DNA of 57,794 nucleotides, counting the filler, from Sphacelaria rigidula (lineage: Eukaryota), in NCBI GenBank assembly GCA_964200075.2. It is 6 parts of 6 records of this genome, joined end to end, with 100 filler letters (N's around TTAATTAATTAA, not from the genome) between each part and the next. Parts side by side here need not be neighbours in the genome. Positions count along the whole stretch, not along the records: positions 19,300 to 28,848 come from CAXNAA020008251.1; positions 28,949 to 38,497 come from CAXNAA020008252.1; 4 more parts are not named here. The stretch is one strand, 5' to 3'. This document shows, in pieces, positions 23,904 through 37,145 of this stretch. Positions within the stretch are counted from its first letter, which is position 1. Every line of letters begins with the position of its first letter. The position numbers and the translations under genes are program-made. The notes beneath the pieces are model-generated. The model saw only the letters and a list, made by a program, of their open reading frames with translations, ran no database searches and was not told the DNA's origin.

Positions 23904-24848
23904 TAGAGTTGTGAACTGGCTGCCAGTTTGACTGACCAGTTACAGTTAGCTGGTACAAGTGGTTAACTGATCGGTTTTGTAACCAGTTGAATCAATTATT
24001 TTACCCGACATGTGTGTCATAGTCTAAAGTTTTCTGTGTACATATGTATCATACTCGAGTCAATATTTCCGAAGTATTGTACTACAATGACCGTGAGGAT
24101 GGTCTTACAGAGGGAGTACATGACCGGACAGCGCACACACCTTGATGTAAACATCGCAGACAGCATGTTCTATAATATAAAAAACAATGGAGATCGGGCA
24201 CGGACAATTGTTGATTGAACGATTCTGAAATGTTAAGCAAAACTGCGTTTCGTAGCGTTGTTGTGTGTGCTTTGCTTTTATTCTGTCGGCATCAAGCGTT
24301 AAGCGTTCAGTATTGGCTGGTCAAGTGATACCGAAGCATGAGGAAGAGTCGAGATTTCTGTTAATTTTTCATGTCTGACGAAGTCACATTCAATAACGTT
24401 GTCAAGTTGCCGTGCTACTAGTAGTTCCTGGCGCTTGGGTGGTACACCCGTAACGCTATGTATGCTGCACTACTGTGTCACCGCTTCGTTTTTTTTAATT
24501 CACATCGCGAAGTTCAGTGATCTTTCCTTTTTCCCCATACATGTATATTTTCGTTCACCGATTACATGCTCGAATTGCCGGCGCGTGGTGGCTAGAATTT
24601 ACCGTGATATTGAAGAGATGTGAAGCGAAATGACGTAGTTTTATTGCCTCCGGCTGCGCCTCGGGCGGGGCCCCTTCACCAGCCCGGAGGGGGCGTTTAC
24701 GGGACTCCGCCGCGTTGCCTTGCCAGGCACTACTAACGGAGTCGCGGGGCGGCTTCACCGCCAGTTATCCAGTTTTAACTGATAACTATAACTGTTTGTA
24801 ATCTTTTGCAACCAGTCAACTGGTTAGCCAGACTAGTTCACAACTCTA
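23904..24848. mobile_element. hAT-type non-autonomous DNA transposon (945 bp)
   Basis: 14-bp perfect TIR TAGAGTTGTGAACT, 8-bp TSD GTTTTCCG/GTTTTCAG (1 mismatch), and subterminal CCAGTT/AACTGG motifs. Confidence 0.85.
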
Positions 24849-24968
24849 GTTTTCAGGGATTCTGGGAGGATCGCATGCCCTTCTGGGACCCCCGAGAACT
24901 ATCGGAAAACAGATCAATGTAAAAGTTCTGAGGTGATCTATGGCCCACGTGTGCAGATTTTCTAAGAA

Positions 24969-25446
24969 CGTTTCTTACGGATGGTTTTGTTTGGCTGACG
25001 TTTTCAGTTGTGGGACATTTGACCCAGTGTTTGGCTCCCAAACAGGAACTACGGCCATCACGTGTCTCGCACGCTTTGCATCGCCCAATTGAGAGGACTC
25101 CAGCACACTTTTCCGATTCTCGTGGCTCCGAGGTTTCGGGAGTGGCCTCCGAACAAAAAGCCAACTAGGCATGAACAAATGCGGTGTCTGCAGGTTTCTG
25201 TAGAGATTTTCGATCTTTCCATGCCGCGATCACATTGGTTCATGTCCAGTCAGATACTTGTTCAGAGGCCATTCTCGAAATCTCGGAGCAAAGAGAACCG
25301 GGAAAATGGGCTAGACTTCTCTCGGTGGGGTGTTGCAAAGTGCCCAAGGTACGTGATGGCCACATTCCCTGTTTGGGGGCTAAGGAGTGGGTCAAATGTC
25401 TCTAAAGTGCAAAATCCAGCCACCCCCCCCCCCTCCGTAAGAAACG
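24969..25446. repeat. Second, more diverged fold-back module of the 736-1191 family
   Basis: Inverted arms ~24969-25155 and ~25257-25446 resemble each other and the contig-1 arms. Confidence 0.75.
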
Positions 25447-25984
25447 GTCTAAACTCGAAAAACCGGCGGACGGTTTGGCGGACATGTGCGCCGAAGTGTA
25501 CCGCCCCCCGTAAAACTTCCTAACTAGTTGGTTACAGTAGAGAAACAGCTGTTTCGGGTACGTTTGGCGTGCAATGGACCTCCTATAGCGTCAGTTTATC
25601 CACTTCTATAAGGAAACTTTGTACAAATGTTCCTTGGACTACCCAGGAATGAGTGCGTTCTTTACATCTTGCTTTGAGGAATTCTGCACGGGCTTCCGGG
25701 GGGTATCCACGCCAGGACTCCGGAAGTCGGTAAAGAGCGAAGAAACTTTCAATGGTTGTACAGTACATTTTCCCAGTTTGAGTATCAATACTTTCGAAAC
25801 TGCCAACTTTGTAGGCGATCTGAGCTTTTTTACGACATATACAAGGGAAACGGTCAGGGGGCTGACTGGCTCTTCTCGGTGCATCGATGTAAATCCGACG
25901 ACGCGAACACCCCGCATCACCGAACTACCACGGTTTGGGTTATTGTTCGATCCCGCAGTCATCCTGCTGTGAGGGCGCGGTGTT

Positions 25985-26135
25985 TCGATCCAAGGAGCTG
26001 GTGGTTGCAACCTGGAACGTGCGCACCATGGCTGAGAGAAGAACCAAGGGTCCAGGCTACGCAGAGGACCTGTTGATTTTTGCCTCCGAGTACGACCGTG
26101 ATTTCATCGCCCTACAAGAGACCCGTCGCGATAGA
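25985..26135 (+). pseudogene. LINE APE-endonuclease N-terminal fragment
   Basis: ELVVATWNVRTM...DFIALQETRRD, which are APE motifs I and II. Confidence 0.8.
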
Positions 26136-29100
26136 TAACCTTCCAAGCGCCAACCATGAGAAGATACCTGACGCATAGACGGTGTTGTATTGTAGGGAAG
26201 AATAGGTGGCCTTGGCAGGCGTGTGCTCACTGGAACACAAATGATTGTTTTACTATTCAAAACCAAGATAAGGTCACAAAAATCAGCATCAAAAGTTACG
26301 CTTCACACTCAAGCACACACCGAAGGGCCCCAAAAAACACACCATACATATAAATGGACTAGTCCAGGGACAAAGTTCTGGTACATTCTAATCGATTTTA
26401 CCCGCACCAATTTTCCCGCAGGTGTATGATGGTTGATTGTACCCTGAATGTGACGGTCAAACAGGGGTACTATGGTCACGGGTAATTGTCGGATATTCCG
26501 GTGCTTTGTTTTACATAAGGGCATGATGAAACTGACAAGTTGGAAGGATGCCAAACCATGGAGTGTGGCTATGATTCGACGTATGAGGAAGCGATTGTGT
26601 GGTGGATTACTAGCCCGAGATGTGGACTGTGGATCAGGCTGAAATGTGGCGCTGTGAATCAACTGGAGTGTGGTCTATCATGTGTTTGAGGTACGTTGGC
26701 TAGTTGTATTTTCGATCATGGGAAGTTATGCTTTTATGGGCTTGATAAGGTTGATACGCAACCCCCTTGCCCCACTCCACCACTCTATCAACTCCACCTA
26801 CTCCACCAACTCCACCATCTCCGCCTTCCTCCACCTTGCTCCCCTCGACTTCAGCTTCTTGCTCCATTTTTCTACTCCTGCTTCCACCGTCATATTACGG
26901 GTTTCAGCAGTTAGTGAGTTTGTTGTGTTGAGCTTCGTGTGTTGATTTCCAGGGTGATTGAGCATATTTGGCGTCGAGCATATCTGTGTATTGGTTTTCT
27001 GGTGTTGAGCCTTCAGTGATCTAATAATATAAAATACAGAACAATTGTGTGGATTTTTCTCCCAGTTTGTTTTTATATACGGACCTGCTGTGCTGGCCGT
27101 GACCAGCTGCACGGCAGAGTTTGTATCGTGGCACCCCAGCCACGAGGTACGAAAGTGCCCCTCTTCGACTTACTTGATGGATAGCTAAAGGTCTGTGTGA
27201 AGCTGCCCATGTGGGAGCTTGGTGGGTTGGCACCATGGTATCTCCTGGCACTCATACTGAGAGACCCCGGCCAGTTCATTAGCTACTCCCTCCATATGAC
27301 AAGTGGCGTCGATAAACGGACCTTGTTCTGCTTGGTTAGGAAATCTTTTTGTTGCTTGGCGTTGTGTTTTGCTGCTCAAGCTGGAGTGAGTAACTCGATT
27401 TTATTTTTCTGCGTTTTTTTTCTTGTATTTAGTGAGGTGCCCCTGGTCTATTCTGATTGTCGTGGGCCTCCGCCCACTCTGGGCTCGGTTGCATTGTACA
27501 ACGGTAGTGAAGACTGCTGTACGTTGCCCTCGCTTCGCGTATTACTGATACGAATCTGCCCCTCCGTTGGTACACTGCTTGTAGCTGCTGAGCGATTTAC
27601 TGTAGCTACCCTTGGGTCCTGTTCCCGCTTGTTTACATCCACGTAAGTGCCATGGTGACGCACTTTGTTGGAACCCGACTACGCGTCGGTCTGGCCGGAA
27701 TTGCGTTCAACGTCCGCCTTGTGCATGTAGCCAACCGTTACTCTGTCTCACTATAGTGTGCTCACTCTGCTTTCGAACAAGGTATCGCACGTGCCACTGT
27801 GCCTCGTGCAAACTGTGTGCCCGCCGACCACTACTACATTGATGGTTGATAGTTGGTTTCAACGGCTCATGCTGTAGTAGCATATGGTTGATTTGTCTTG
27901 TGCCGAATTAAACCGCCCCCCCCCTGTACCTCGGCGAGCACCCCAGATATTTGTAGATGCGCAACCCCCCCCCCCCTCCTCCCCCCCTCCCCCCCGGGCG
28001 CCCTTTTGTGTGCTGCAGTACCCCACCGCGCAGCATTGTTCTGAGATGTGGGAAGCTGAACCGTCAGTCGTGGAGACTGTAGCTTCCCCCTGGGACAGCA
28101 CACGCATGTAACACCGGACGTCGCGTTGTTGACGTTGGCACAATTGATTCCAGTCTACCGTGTTTGATTTCCGCCATTCTGGGACAACGCCGCCTGACCG
28201 ATTTCCTTGTCATGGTGTATGTTTTTGTTTTCCGTCCACGGTACGACGAGTTGAGCCTCTTTTCAGGACTCGCCTGATAATTGACGAATTGTGGTTTCAG
28301 CGACAAAAGTTGCCTTCGGATGGAAGCCCACGAGTTTTGCGTGACCACCCCCTCGATGTTTGCTCACATCACTTCAGTCAGGCCTGATTGACCTTTTCCT
28401 GTATTTACAGATGTCTCCCGTCGGGAGTACTGTGAGTTTAGCGACAAAATTGTGCCTATTTGTAGTATCAGATGGTCCCCGCCCCTTGTCGAGGAAGGAG
28501 AAATGGCCCCGTAACCGCGCAGGGTTTTCTAGCACACCACGTCCCCCCCTTATCAGTGCAAAGTATAATCTTTTGCTGTACTGTGGAAATAATACTCGGG
28601 CTCGAACATTTTGCCTTGTAGAAGAGACGCCTTTGGACACAGCCCACGTGCCCGCTCCATATGCCGCTGCCCTGGCTGCTTCCCAGCACCCCCCCGATCT
28701 GGTCAGATATCAGATCGTAGCCCCCCAACACTGGTTGTATCGTAGGCCTATACTTGAGTCGCTACGACACACCGTCCGCATCCCTCGGCGATGCGGCGAG
28801 CGATGAGCTCACCTTGGTGGATTTCAGAACCCCTCAATCCGATCTGGTNNNNNNNNNNNNNNNNNNNNNNNNNNNNNNNNNNNNNNNNNNNNTTAATTAA
28901 TTAANNNNNNNNNNNNNNNNNNNNNNNNNNNNNNNNNNNNNNNNNNNNTGAGTATTTTACTCGAGTACTCAAAAGTACATACTCTACTCGACCTACCCTT
29001 GGTGGCCTACAAAAGGTAAGCGGTTTCTGGAGGCGAAATGTCCGTTTTCGAGTGGCCATATCTCTAGAGTAACATGTTTTTAATCCTTTTTTTTTCAAGT

Positions 29101-29315
29101 CCCGGGTGCCAATGGCCCCGCCCCGAATGATATGCATGAAAACTTTGTAGCGAAAGCGGTCAAAATGGCGTGTTTGCCTGTTTTCGCGTTTCTGGCCATT
29201 ATTCGTCCCTTTCTTAAGGAAAAAACGAGAAGGTATACCTTTTCTAGGCCACTACCCAAAAATCAACCACACTTTTTCGATCGACAAAAATGTGCGATGA
29301 CACGTCTTCATTAGA

Positions 29316-29536
29316 AGTGTGTTGTGTGTGTGTGTTGTCGTCCCATCTATTCTGCACGCCGGTCTAAACCTTTCGGTATATGTGGGCGCACAAGCCGGGG
29401 TCACACGGGAGGAAAGCCAACAAAAGAACTTTTTTCTTTTTTCATTTGTTTTGTAGTAGCCCACCTTCCTTCTGCGGTGCTTGCCTTTATTTTCTATCGC
29501 GAGAGGGGTACAGCAGTCCCTGTCCTCGTCGACCGT
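29316..29536 (-). mobile_element. SINE family A, 5'-truncated copy
   Basis: Matches 20430-20650 (CGGTATATGTGGGCGCA..AGCCGGGGTCACAC...CCTCGTCGACCGT). Confidence 0.8.
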
Positions 29537-30059
29537 TATGACACGCCCTTAGCACAATATTTTTCGATCGAAAAAGTGCGGTCGAAAAAGAAGACTGCGA
29601 TTTGATGGGTTGTGAATTCAACCATTGTAGTTTATTTTGACGGCGGTGGTTGAAATCACGACCCATCAGGTAATATTTTTTGTTTTCCACCGCACGTCTT
29701 CGATCGAAAAATGGTCAGCTGAAGACACACCCTGAAAACTGCCTCCAGCAGTTGCATTATAGTAGTCCCGTGGCTTATTATGATCCCACCTATACATGTA
29801 CCTCAAGAACACCGCTTTTCACGGCAGACAAAAACTCACAAGGGCATACGGTAAATGTGTGGTCAAGATGTTATTTTTGCTGTTCGCACACCAGGCGTCA
29901 AGTCGATTGGCGCCTGGAGCGGGTTCTACATGTACGGGGCAACATGAGATCTTGCATCTTCCAGACAGACGGCAACCAACTACTGCTACTGCAATAACAA
30001 TATTCTTGTAGGCAAGTACAGCAGTACCACAGTCCTGCCTAACAGTAGACATAGCACAC

Positions 30060-30415
30060 CTTGCTTGAGCAATAGACGAAAATGCTCCCAACGTGGGCCT
30101 GGCCCTCTGCTTGTTGAACCCCAGCAAAAGCGGATTTTCCCACGTCGGTCGCTCTACATCGCTAAGAAGGGGGTGCAGTGCCGCCAAGAGATCATCCGCT
30201 TCTTCCTCCTCATCATCAGCAGGCTCCGCGTCAGCAGCCGGCGCCACAGGCGATGAGGAACGAAGGTCTCGCTTTCCGTCCTTGCCTTTGATTTCAGCGG
30301 AAGGCAAGTCCTTGTTCTTGACACGAGAGCGCCTTGTGAAGACCAGGGTCACGACAGCCACTACCGTCAGAGCGAGGATACCCGCGACCGCCGCACTCGA
30401 TACGCGTTCTGGCAT
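30060..30415 (-). CDS. Exon 1 of a glycoside hydrolase family 2 (LacZ-type) beta-galactosidase with an N-terminal membrane anchor
   Basis: ATG at 30415, then hydrophobic AAVAGILALTVVAVVTLVF. PTWENPLLLGFNKQRARPTLGAFSSIAQAR resembles the LacZ N-terminus [29 protein letters not shown]. Donor CAAG|GTGTGC. The rest of the gene was not found in this contig. Confidence 0.75.
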
Positions 30416-31188
30416 GATGATGCAATCGATTGCGGACGGGTACCTACGGAACAAAATAGTATAGTGCGGGTACTGAACTGTGCTCTCTGAGCACAGAACA
30501 GTTGCAGGTTCAATTGCACACCTACTGAATGGGACTGTTTTACCTAGCAGGTGATCTTTGTGAATCTGACTCTTGAGCGCATCTCTTCCACGTACAAGTA
30601 GCCGTGTAGGATCTGATGCCTCTATAAACTCCAGAGTCCCCGAAAAGTACATTCCATACACCTCCCCGCGCTGTGTTCAGACCCGTGGTCAACATGAAGT
30701 TGATTCTTATCTTCAACACCGGGTGAATGTAAATAAAAACGCAAGAGGTATCATGCTTACGCCGTTGCTCTGGGAGGCAGTGCAAAACAAGTTATAAATA
30801 CTTCGACTTTTTTCCCCTCAAAAATGGATGGTGATGGCGCGGCAGGTAGCAACATCAGCGAGACTGGTCTTGCCAAACAGCCGAGAACTGTGCCTTTCAT
30901 CCACTGTGACGAGGAAATATATTGATATCTGAGATCGATATCCAAAGACTGATGATTGGGTAAAATGGTAAAATGGGACACGGTGGTGATTGTTGCCGTT
31001 CTCAGCAACAAAGAAGCGCGCTCTCGAGCTGGACTTTCAAGGATCGAATGTATACAATCATCTCCGAAGGAGGTACGGTAAGAGGGGCTCGCAAAGGAAT
31101 AAGCGCAAACGGCAACGGTGACAATTGCGGCGTAAATTGTCATGGTATGCGATAAACCAAGCCAAACAGTCTGCATGTGGCCATACAG

Positions 31189-31435
31189 CCCCGACGATCA
31201 TGACGGCTTCGAATCCCAGAGAAGGGTGGCGGATAACCAACAGGACCGATGAAGACGAGGACAGACTCGTAGTGGCGAGCTCCAAGAAAAAGTCAAAAAA
31301 GAGCGATAAAGTTAACGCAGTTATCGTGCCCGATGCTCCCTTGCAGAAGTTTAGCAGCGCGAGCGCGCTGGCCGTCTCCGGAAAGAGTGGAAGCAGTAAC
31401 GCGGGAGGAGCAGTGCCAGCAGCAGCGAAGGGAAG
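31189..31435 (+). CDS. Exon of unknown gene C, divergent from the GH2 gene
   Basis: CATACAG| acceptor or ATG at 31200, reading MTASNPREGWRITNRTDEDEDRLVVASSKKKSKK..., with strong donor GAAG|GTAAGC. Confidence 0.55.
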
Positions 31436-31589
31436 GTAAGCTGAGGTGGTTAATTAGATTTGGTCATTGGACCCATGTGTATATATAATCGAGGTTGATA
31501 CCGGCTAGCCAAAAAAGTAAGAACGGAATACTGTACTTTTGTCGTGATGAGGTATTTTCAATTAAACAGGTTACGCTCCAGTGAGCGCA

Positions 31590-32205
31590 CAGGTACGAGT
31601 ACCTCTAGACTACACCGAAAGTACTCGGTGCACCGGGTACTCGGGTACCCGTTGGAGTGTCTCATTTTGTGCCATGACTATGGTCTTATGCTTGATCTCG
31701 AACTGATGGCGAGGGAAGACCCTTAACAGACAAGTATAATACATGTTACTGCGTCGTGACAGCATGCGGGGCGGATGCCATCTAATAAGGCGCAATTTTT
31801 CAAGGTTGTGTTCTGTAGAGCACGGTTTTCTGTACTGTATATCCGGGGTATATTCCCGGGTATTTACCGTGCCCGACACTTTCATACCGCTACCCGACAG
31901 TTCTGTAAACTATGCAGGACTTTCATATCCTTGCCCGATAGTTTGTGAGTTCTGTGAGTTCTGTAATAAGCCTCCCGTACCGTTAGCGGGGCACAGGTAT
32001 GCTCTTGATAAGATAACCCGGTTGCGGGTACGATCTTCTGGGCAGCCTCCGTACCCTGCCCGACAGTTTCTTCTGTGAATTTTGTACGCCTCCCATACCC
32101 TCACTCCACAGTTCTGAGAGTTCTATACATAACGTGTGCCCGTACCCTGAGCGTGGGCATGCCCTTGAAGAAATACCCGATTGCGGGTACGGTTTGCTGT
32201 AAGCC
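31590..32205. repeat. Degenerate minisatellite-like or TE subterminal repeat region (GTACCC/GGGTAC, AGTTCTGTG motifs)
   Basis: Recurrent CGGGTAC, TACCCG and AGTTCTGT motifs. A related palindrome GAGTACCCGGGTACTC lies at ~35368. Confidence 0.55.
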
Positions 32206-32219
32206 TACCATACTGCGAG

Positions 32220-33893
32220 GAAAGACACCGGGCTGACAACGTATTGTTCCTTGCTTGGCGTACAAAAGGCTAGTTATTATGACACAGTATGGAGAAATGG
32301 GCTGTGGGAAAAGCTGTGGGAAACTGGGATCAGGGAAATGGCGTGGAGAATTGTTGCGAAGATGACAGAATATACCAAAAGTGCTATGATGCTAGACGGA
32401 GAAATACAGGGATATTTTTATATATTACAAGGAGTTGCACATGGATGTACGTTATCACCCACTCTATTCAAGGTATTTATTCATGACCTGAAAATATAAT
32501 AGCAACAGAAGCAGCAAAACAAGGAGTCAAGGGGGGTGAAGATATGGTACCAGTCGCGGATGGTTTCGTGGGGATCTCAGGAATCTAGCTTTGCAGAAAC
32601 AAATGGAGAAGGCACGAGAACACACTAGGAAATAGAGTGTGACAGCGAACGTTCACAAATGCGTCGTACTCGTCTGTAACGAACATGAGACAAACCCGGT
32701 AGAGTTTCAATGCAAGTGGAGAGAAGAGGAACTGCTAATCGTAGACCAGTATACATACCTTGGCGTAGAGATCTTAAACAAGTGTTCTTGGGATGCACAC
32801 ATGAATGAAGTTACATGGTAGAAAAGGGCAAGGCGCAGATAGGCAGGATCGACGTGACTCAGGGACTCGCGCCTAGATACTAGGATCACGACATGTATTC
32901 TGATAAACGTAATTGTACCATAGCTGGAATATGCAAGGGGAGTATGGGAGGGGGACGTGAAGTTGGTGAAGAAGATGGAAACAGTACAGATGACAGCAGC
33001 TAAGAATATTCTCGGGTACTCGAAAACGACGAGTAATACGACCTTGAAAGCAGAGTTGGGAATGTACCCACTTGACACTAACACAGACATGAGAAACTTG
33101 AGATGGCAATGTAGCGTACAGAATATACAGATAAAGACATTGCTAGCCATAGTCAGTAGGCCTGTATGGAAGAAAACGACGAAAGGCCAGGCTGAAATAA
33201 GGTGGGATAGAGAAGTCGACACAGAGTGGAAGGAGATAGAAGGAAATCAAGACGAGATACTGTCCATAGGTGAAGGTGCGGGTGACAAAACAAAGTAAGA
33301 GACATGATGGAATAAGGGGAAAAAAAGCGCTCAGACGCAAAGTAGACGAGGAAGAACACCTAGAAGTATACGGGGGGTTGAGAGAGGGGATACGGGTGAA
33401 AACATACCTGTATGGCCCAATGGACGCGGCGCAAAGTTTGAAACTGCGATTTCGGGTGGGGAACCTGGACCTGCCAGAGAGAAGGAAGAGATGAACCAGT
33501 AGTCGAGTGGAGGAAGGTGTAGATGCACGGTATTGCCCCTGTGGCAAAGCAGTAGAGAGCAGAACTCAAATTGTGGCAGAATGTGAACTACACAAGGAGG
33601 AACAGGACGTGCTAGAGGGGGAAATGAGGGACGTGAACGAAGGTGGTATGAAATCATTTGATGCATGGGACAGCAGGGGGAAAACTATTGTTACACTAGG
33701 AGATAGATGGTGGCCAGAGTCGGCGAAACGGGACGGGGATAAGATATGTGAAAGGTTTTTGTGTAATGTATGAAAGAAACGTAGCGAGCACCTAAATGTT
33801 GGGGGTGCCTCTATTGGGAGTGGGAACGGTGGTCCGTCTCGAAAGGGATGCGTGGTCAAGGGTCAAACGACTAAGGCAAGCAACAAATGAGTA
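32220..33893 (+). mobile_element. 5'-truncated, degenerate LINE (L1/Tx1-like): RT plus C-terminal Cys/His knuckle
   Basis: VQKA.YDTVWRNGLW, GVAHGCTLSPTLF, YTYLGVEI and CPCGKAVESRTQIVAEC, with many stops and frameshifts. Ends ...ATGAGTA directly against a C-rich tract. Confidence 0.9.
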
Positions 33894-36583
33894 CCCCCTG
33901 CCCCCCCCTCCCCTTCCCTCCCCTCCACTTCTCTTTGATGGCAATTTTCGAAAATTATCATGATTTTTTTTTTTTGTGAAATCTTGTTGAAGAAATTGAT
34001 CAAGAAAAAATGACAAAAACGAAAAGTCTGGTGAGCTTTGCGAGGCTCGCATATTTGCTTCTGCTCTTGGTCCGCCCTGTCCCGATGACCTGGGATGCCG
34101 GCCATGCTCACACACATGTATGCACACAACCGCACGGCAGCGATAGCATGTAGCCACAGTAGCAACATTGTCTCACGCCTCGCCAAACTTGCCCAGACTG
34201 CTGGCAGGCACCCGAGGCACACGATACGGAACATGATCCCAGAAATGTAATCATGGTAAGTGATGAGCTTGGGGGGGGCGGTGTGCCCGCCATCTCAGCG
34301 GTCTCGATGCCAAGGGTCTCTGTACACCGCAGCTGACCGCATCCACGCCTCGGCTATAAACTAGAGAGCAGGAGGTTGGGTGTCCCCCCCCCCCTTCCCC
34401 CTCCTACCCCCCCCTCAAAAACTCAATTTTTATTTATTGGGACCCACGAGTCCCGAAATATTTTTCCGACAGACCCCCGTAGGTGCCCATGAGATGCTAA
34501 AGGAGCGATGGCGTGCGAAGTGAGTCAGGTAGGCAGACCATGCATCAGCAGCTCAGCAAGGATACCCGTAGGCTGCACGGGATTTCGAATACGCCTGCAC
34601 CTTTCACCCACCCGTCCCTATCCCCGGTCGTGGGGGGAAGTTTTTCGATACTAAAAAATTGCAAAAGAACAAGGACACTAGAACCAGGTAGTTGTTTAAT
34701 ATCCACTGGAATCGGGAAGTTTTTCAGGTCACCTCAAGCTCAATTAGACCCCAACACAGAACAAAGAACTGGAATCATGTATAGCTCTCTACACTAGAGT
34801 ACGACAATACCAAAGTTCTAAGAGATCAAGCGATTCCCGATACCACACGGGAACGCAGACGCTTTCGTCGATGTCACGCTGAAACCAAACAGTTTGTGAT
34901 GCCACCATAAAACGTGGGGGTGTTCAGATCGCAAAAAAATCAAGCAGTTTCCCAGACCGCATGGTATCATGATTATTTTTAATACCATATTATCAACGAC
35001 TAGTTTCTAGGTAGGCAACACGCACTTGGAGGAGGGCAGTGTATGTCGGATTGTGCGACCACCCACTTCCCCGAAGACTCTCCAGTCCTTCCCTCCACGA
35101 AAAAAGAAACACGAAATATTATTTTTTCGGCAGCCGTGTAGTGTGTAAGTTTTGTCTACTGTGTTCCCACGTGATGCTTCGAATGCTCCATGAGGGAAAA
35201 TGGTGCTCATCCACAATCACGTGGAACATGGCAATATTAGTGGTGACGAAGATACTTGCGAACATCCATTCGGTTTCGCACCTTTTCAATCCTCACAAAA
35301 GCGCGATCGCGACGGCACGATTGTTATCTGTGTGCACCGTCTCCCCAAAACCGCACTCGACGGTACCCGAGTACCCGGGTACTCGCTTTGTACCCGTTTA
35401 TTTTGAAAGAAGAGCGGTTTTTCTCAGAACTACGGCGTAACGGAAATGCCCTCGAAAAACGGATCCAGAACCTGAGTTAAAAAAACACGGCATGCCGATA
35501 CCAGCCTGGAATGCCTAAGCAGTTGGGGGAAAAGTTGGTGTGTATTTCAACAGCTATATAGGCATCACAATAGAAATCGTTAACGACTAACTCGTGCAGA
35601 GTTGCTGGCAAAATTTCGAGGATCATTGTTTTCGAATGCTTATGAAAATATTCTGAAATTTTCCCCGTGGCATCGTTCAATGTTCGCGTTTCTAGCCTGC
35701 TGTATTGGTATATGTTGAATGAGCTGGGCGGGTGGGAAATGTGTACTCGAACCTTTGCATGCCATGGTGATAGTTTCATGGGCCCGATTTATCTGACTCT
35801 TCAGCCCAGCATAGTCCCCAGCATAGACAATTCACGAAACAATGCGATGCAACGCAGGACTGAACCGCACAAGACGGCACCCCATCCGTCAAGTTGAGGG
35901 ATAAGGCGGGGGTCATTAGCTTGCCATGGATCATGACTCAATAAGATGGGTTTTTCCAGTTTCATTCTGTGCGCCATTGAGGTCTTCCACCAGCGACGAG
36001 GCGCCCTTTTGTTTCTGGTTGTTGCCCCTCCAGCATTAAGCTGGCATTAATGAGCGTCCGTAGGAGCACAGGCGAATGCTAAGCTGAACTCTTCGACTTT
36101 GTGGAGGCGTAGGTGGTGCAGTTTACGGGATTTCGTAGAGTAGGACTGGCGTAGCGATCCCGTGTTGCTCACGCTTTGTGCTGCGCGAATTTCCACCTCG
36201 CGGTCGTTCCTTGCAGTATCACCATTCATCGGCTACTCCTTTTTGCTTCCTCCGCATTGCCGAGTTCAACGCGTGTTGATGGTGTCCCGGTCATTTGGCG
36301 GGGGAAAAAAAAAAACGTTTCGCTTCTCGAAGTTTGTAGAGTAAGCCGGCCCGCGAGGTCCTTCGTCGCTGTCAGAAGCGAACATGTCTGTCTGCTCTCC
36401 TCTATATCGTTGCGTGATATCACGCCTCTCGACAACGAACACCTACTGTATGTTACTCGTGCATCCCAGGACTCTCGGTTTGTCACCCCTGCGATCGCTC
36501 TCCCGCAAGTGGATAGCTCGTTCCACACAAGCTCAAGCCTGTGGATTCATGAAATAACGATAATCTTCTGTAACGGAACACAG

Positions 36584-37145
36584 GATCGGATCGCCACCCG
36601 AGAGCGCACCATCAGGAGTGGGCTTGACCCATAAAGGCAGCAGCAACAGCCTTACCGGTGTAGCATGCGCTGGAAGACGTTCTGATGTCGTGGGAACGGA
36701 CAACACAGAGAGGTAGGAGGGCTACATAACTGCGCTGGCGCGCTCGGAATGAAGTTCCACGCATGATTAATGTGCTGTAAGTAAAAATGTTGAGAAGTTG
36801 GTGCGTCATTTCTTCTTCCGATCACTAGTACACATCGTCTGCAGCAGCTATGCGTCCGCACCCAGCCAGCTCATCCGAAGGTATGCTGTGATACAACACC
36901 CCCCTACTGACACTGACAACACTACCTACCCTGCCAAGAAAAAGTAGTGGGCAGCTTTCTACGTGGGTAGGCTAGCTGGAATGCTCGATCATTACCACTT
37001 CAAATCATCTTACGGCGCACAGTGTATCTCGGCTGGTGGAAACTACACGCACATGCCTGAGCTACGACCGCCGTACCGTCGCCCTTTCAAGCCCTCAGCG
37101 CAACGCGGGCCTGGATTACAGACTCAAATCGCCATGAAGGAATAG
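36584..37145 (+). CDS. 3' exons of gene C: 36584-36712, 36845-36880 and 36971-37145 (stop)
   Basis: Three phase-2 exons with AG/GT borders splice to ...GTDNTESSYASAPSQLIRRLAGMLDHYHFKSSYGAQCISAGG...MKE*. The phase matches the donor at 31435. Additional exons are possible. Confidence 0.5.
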
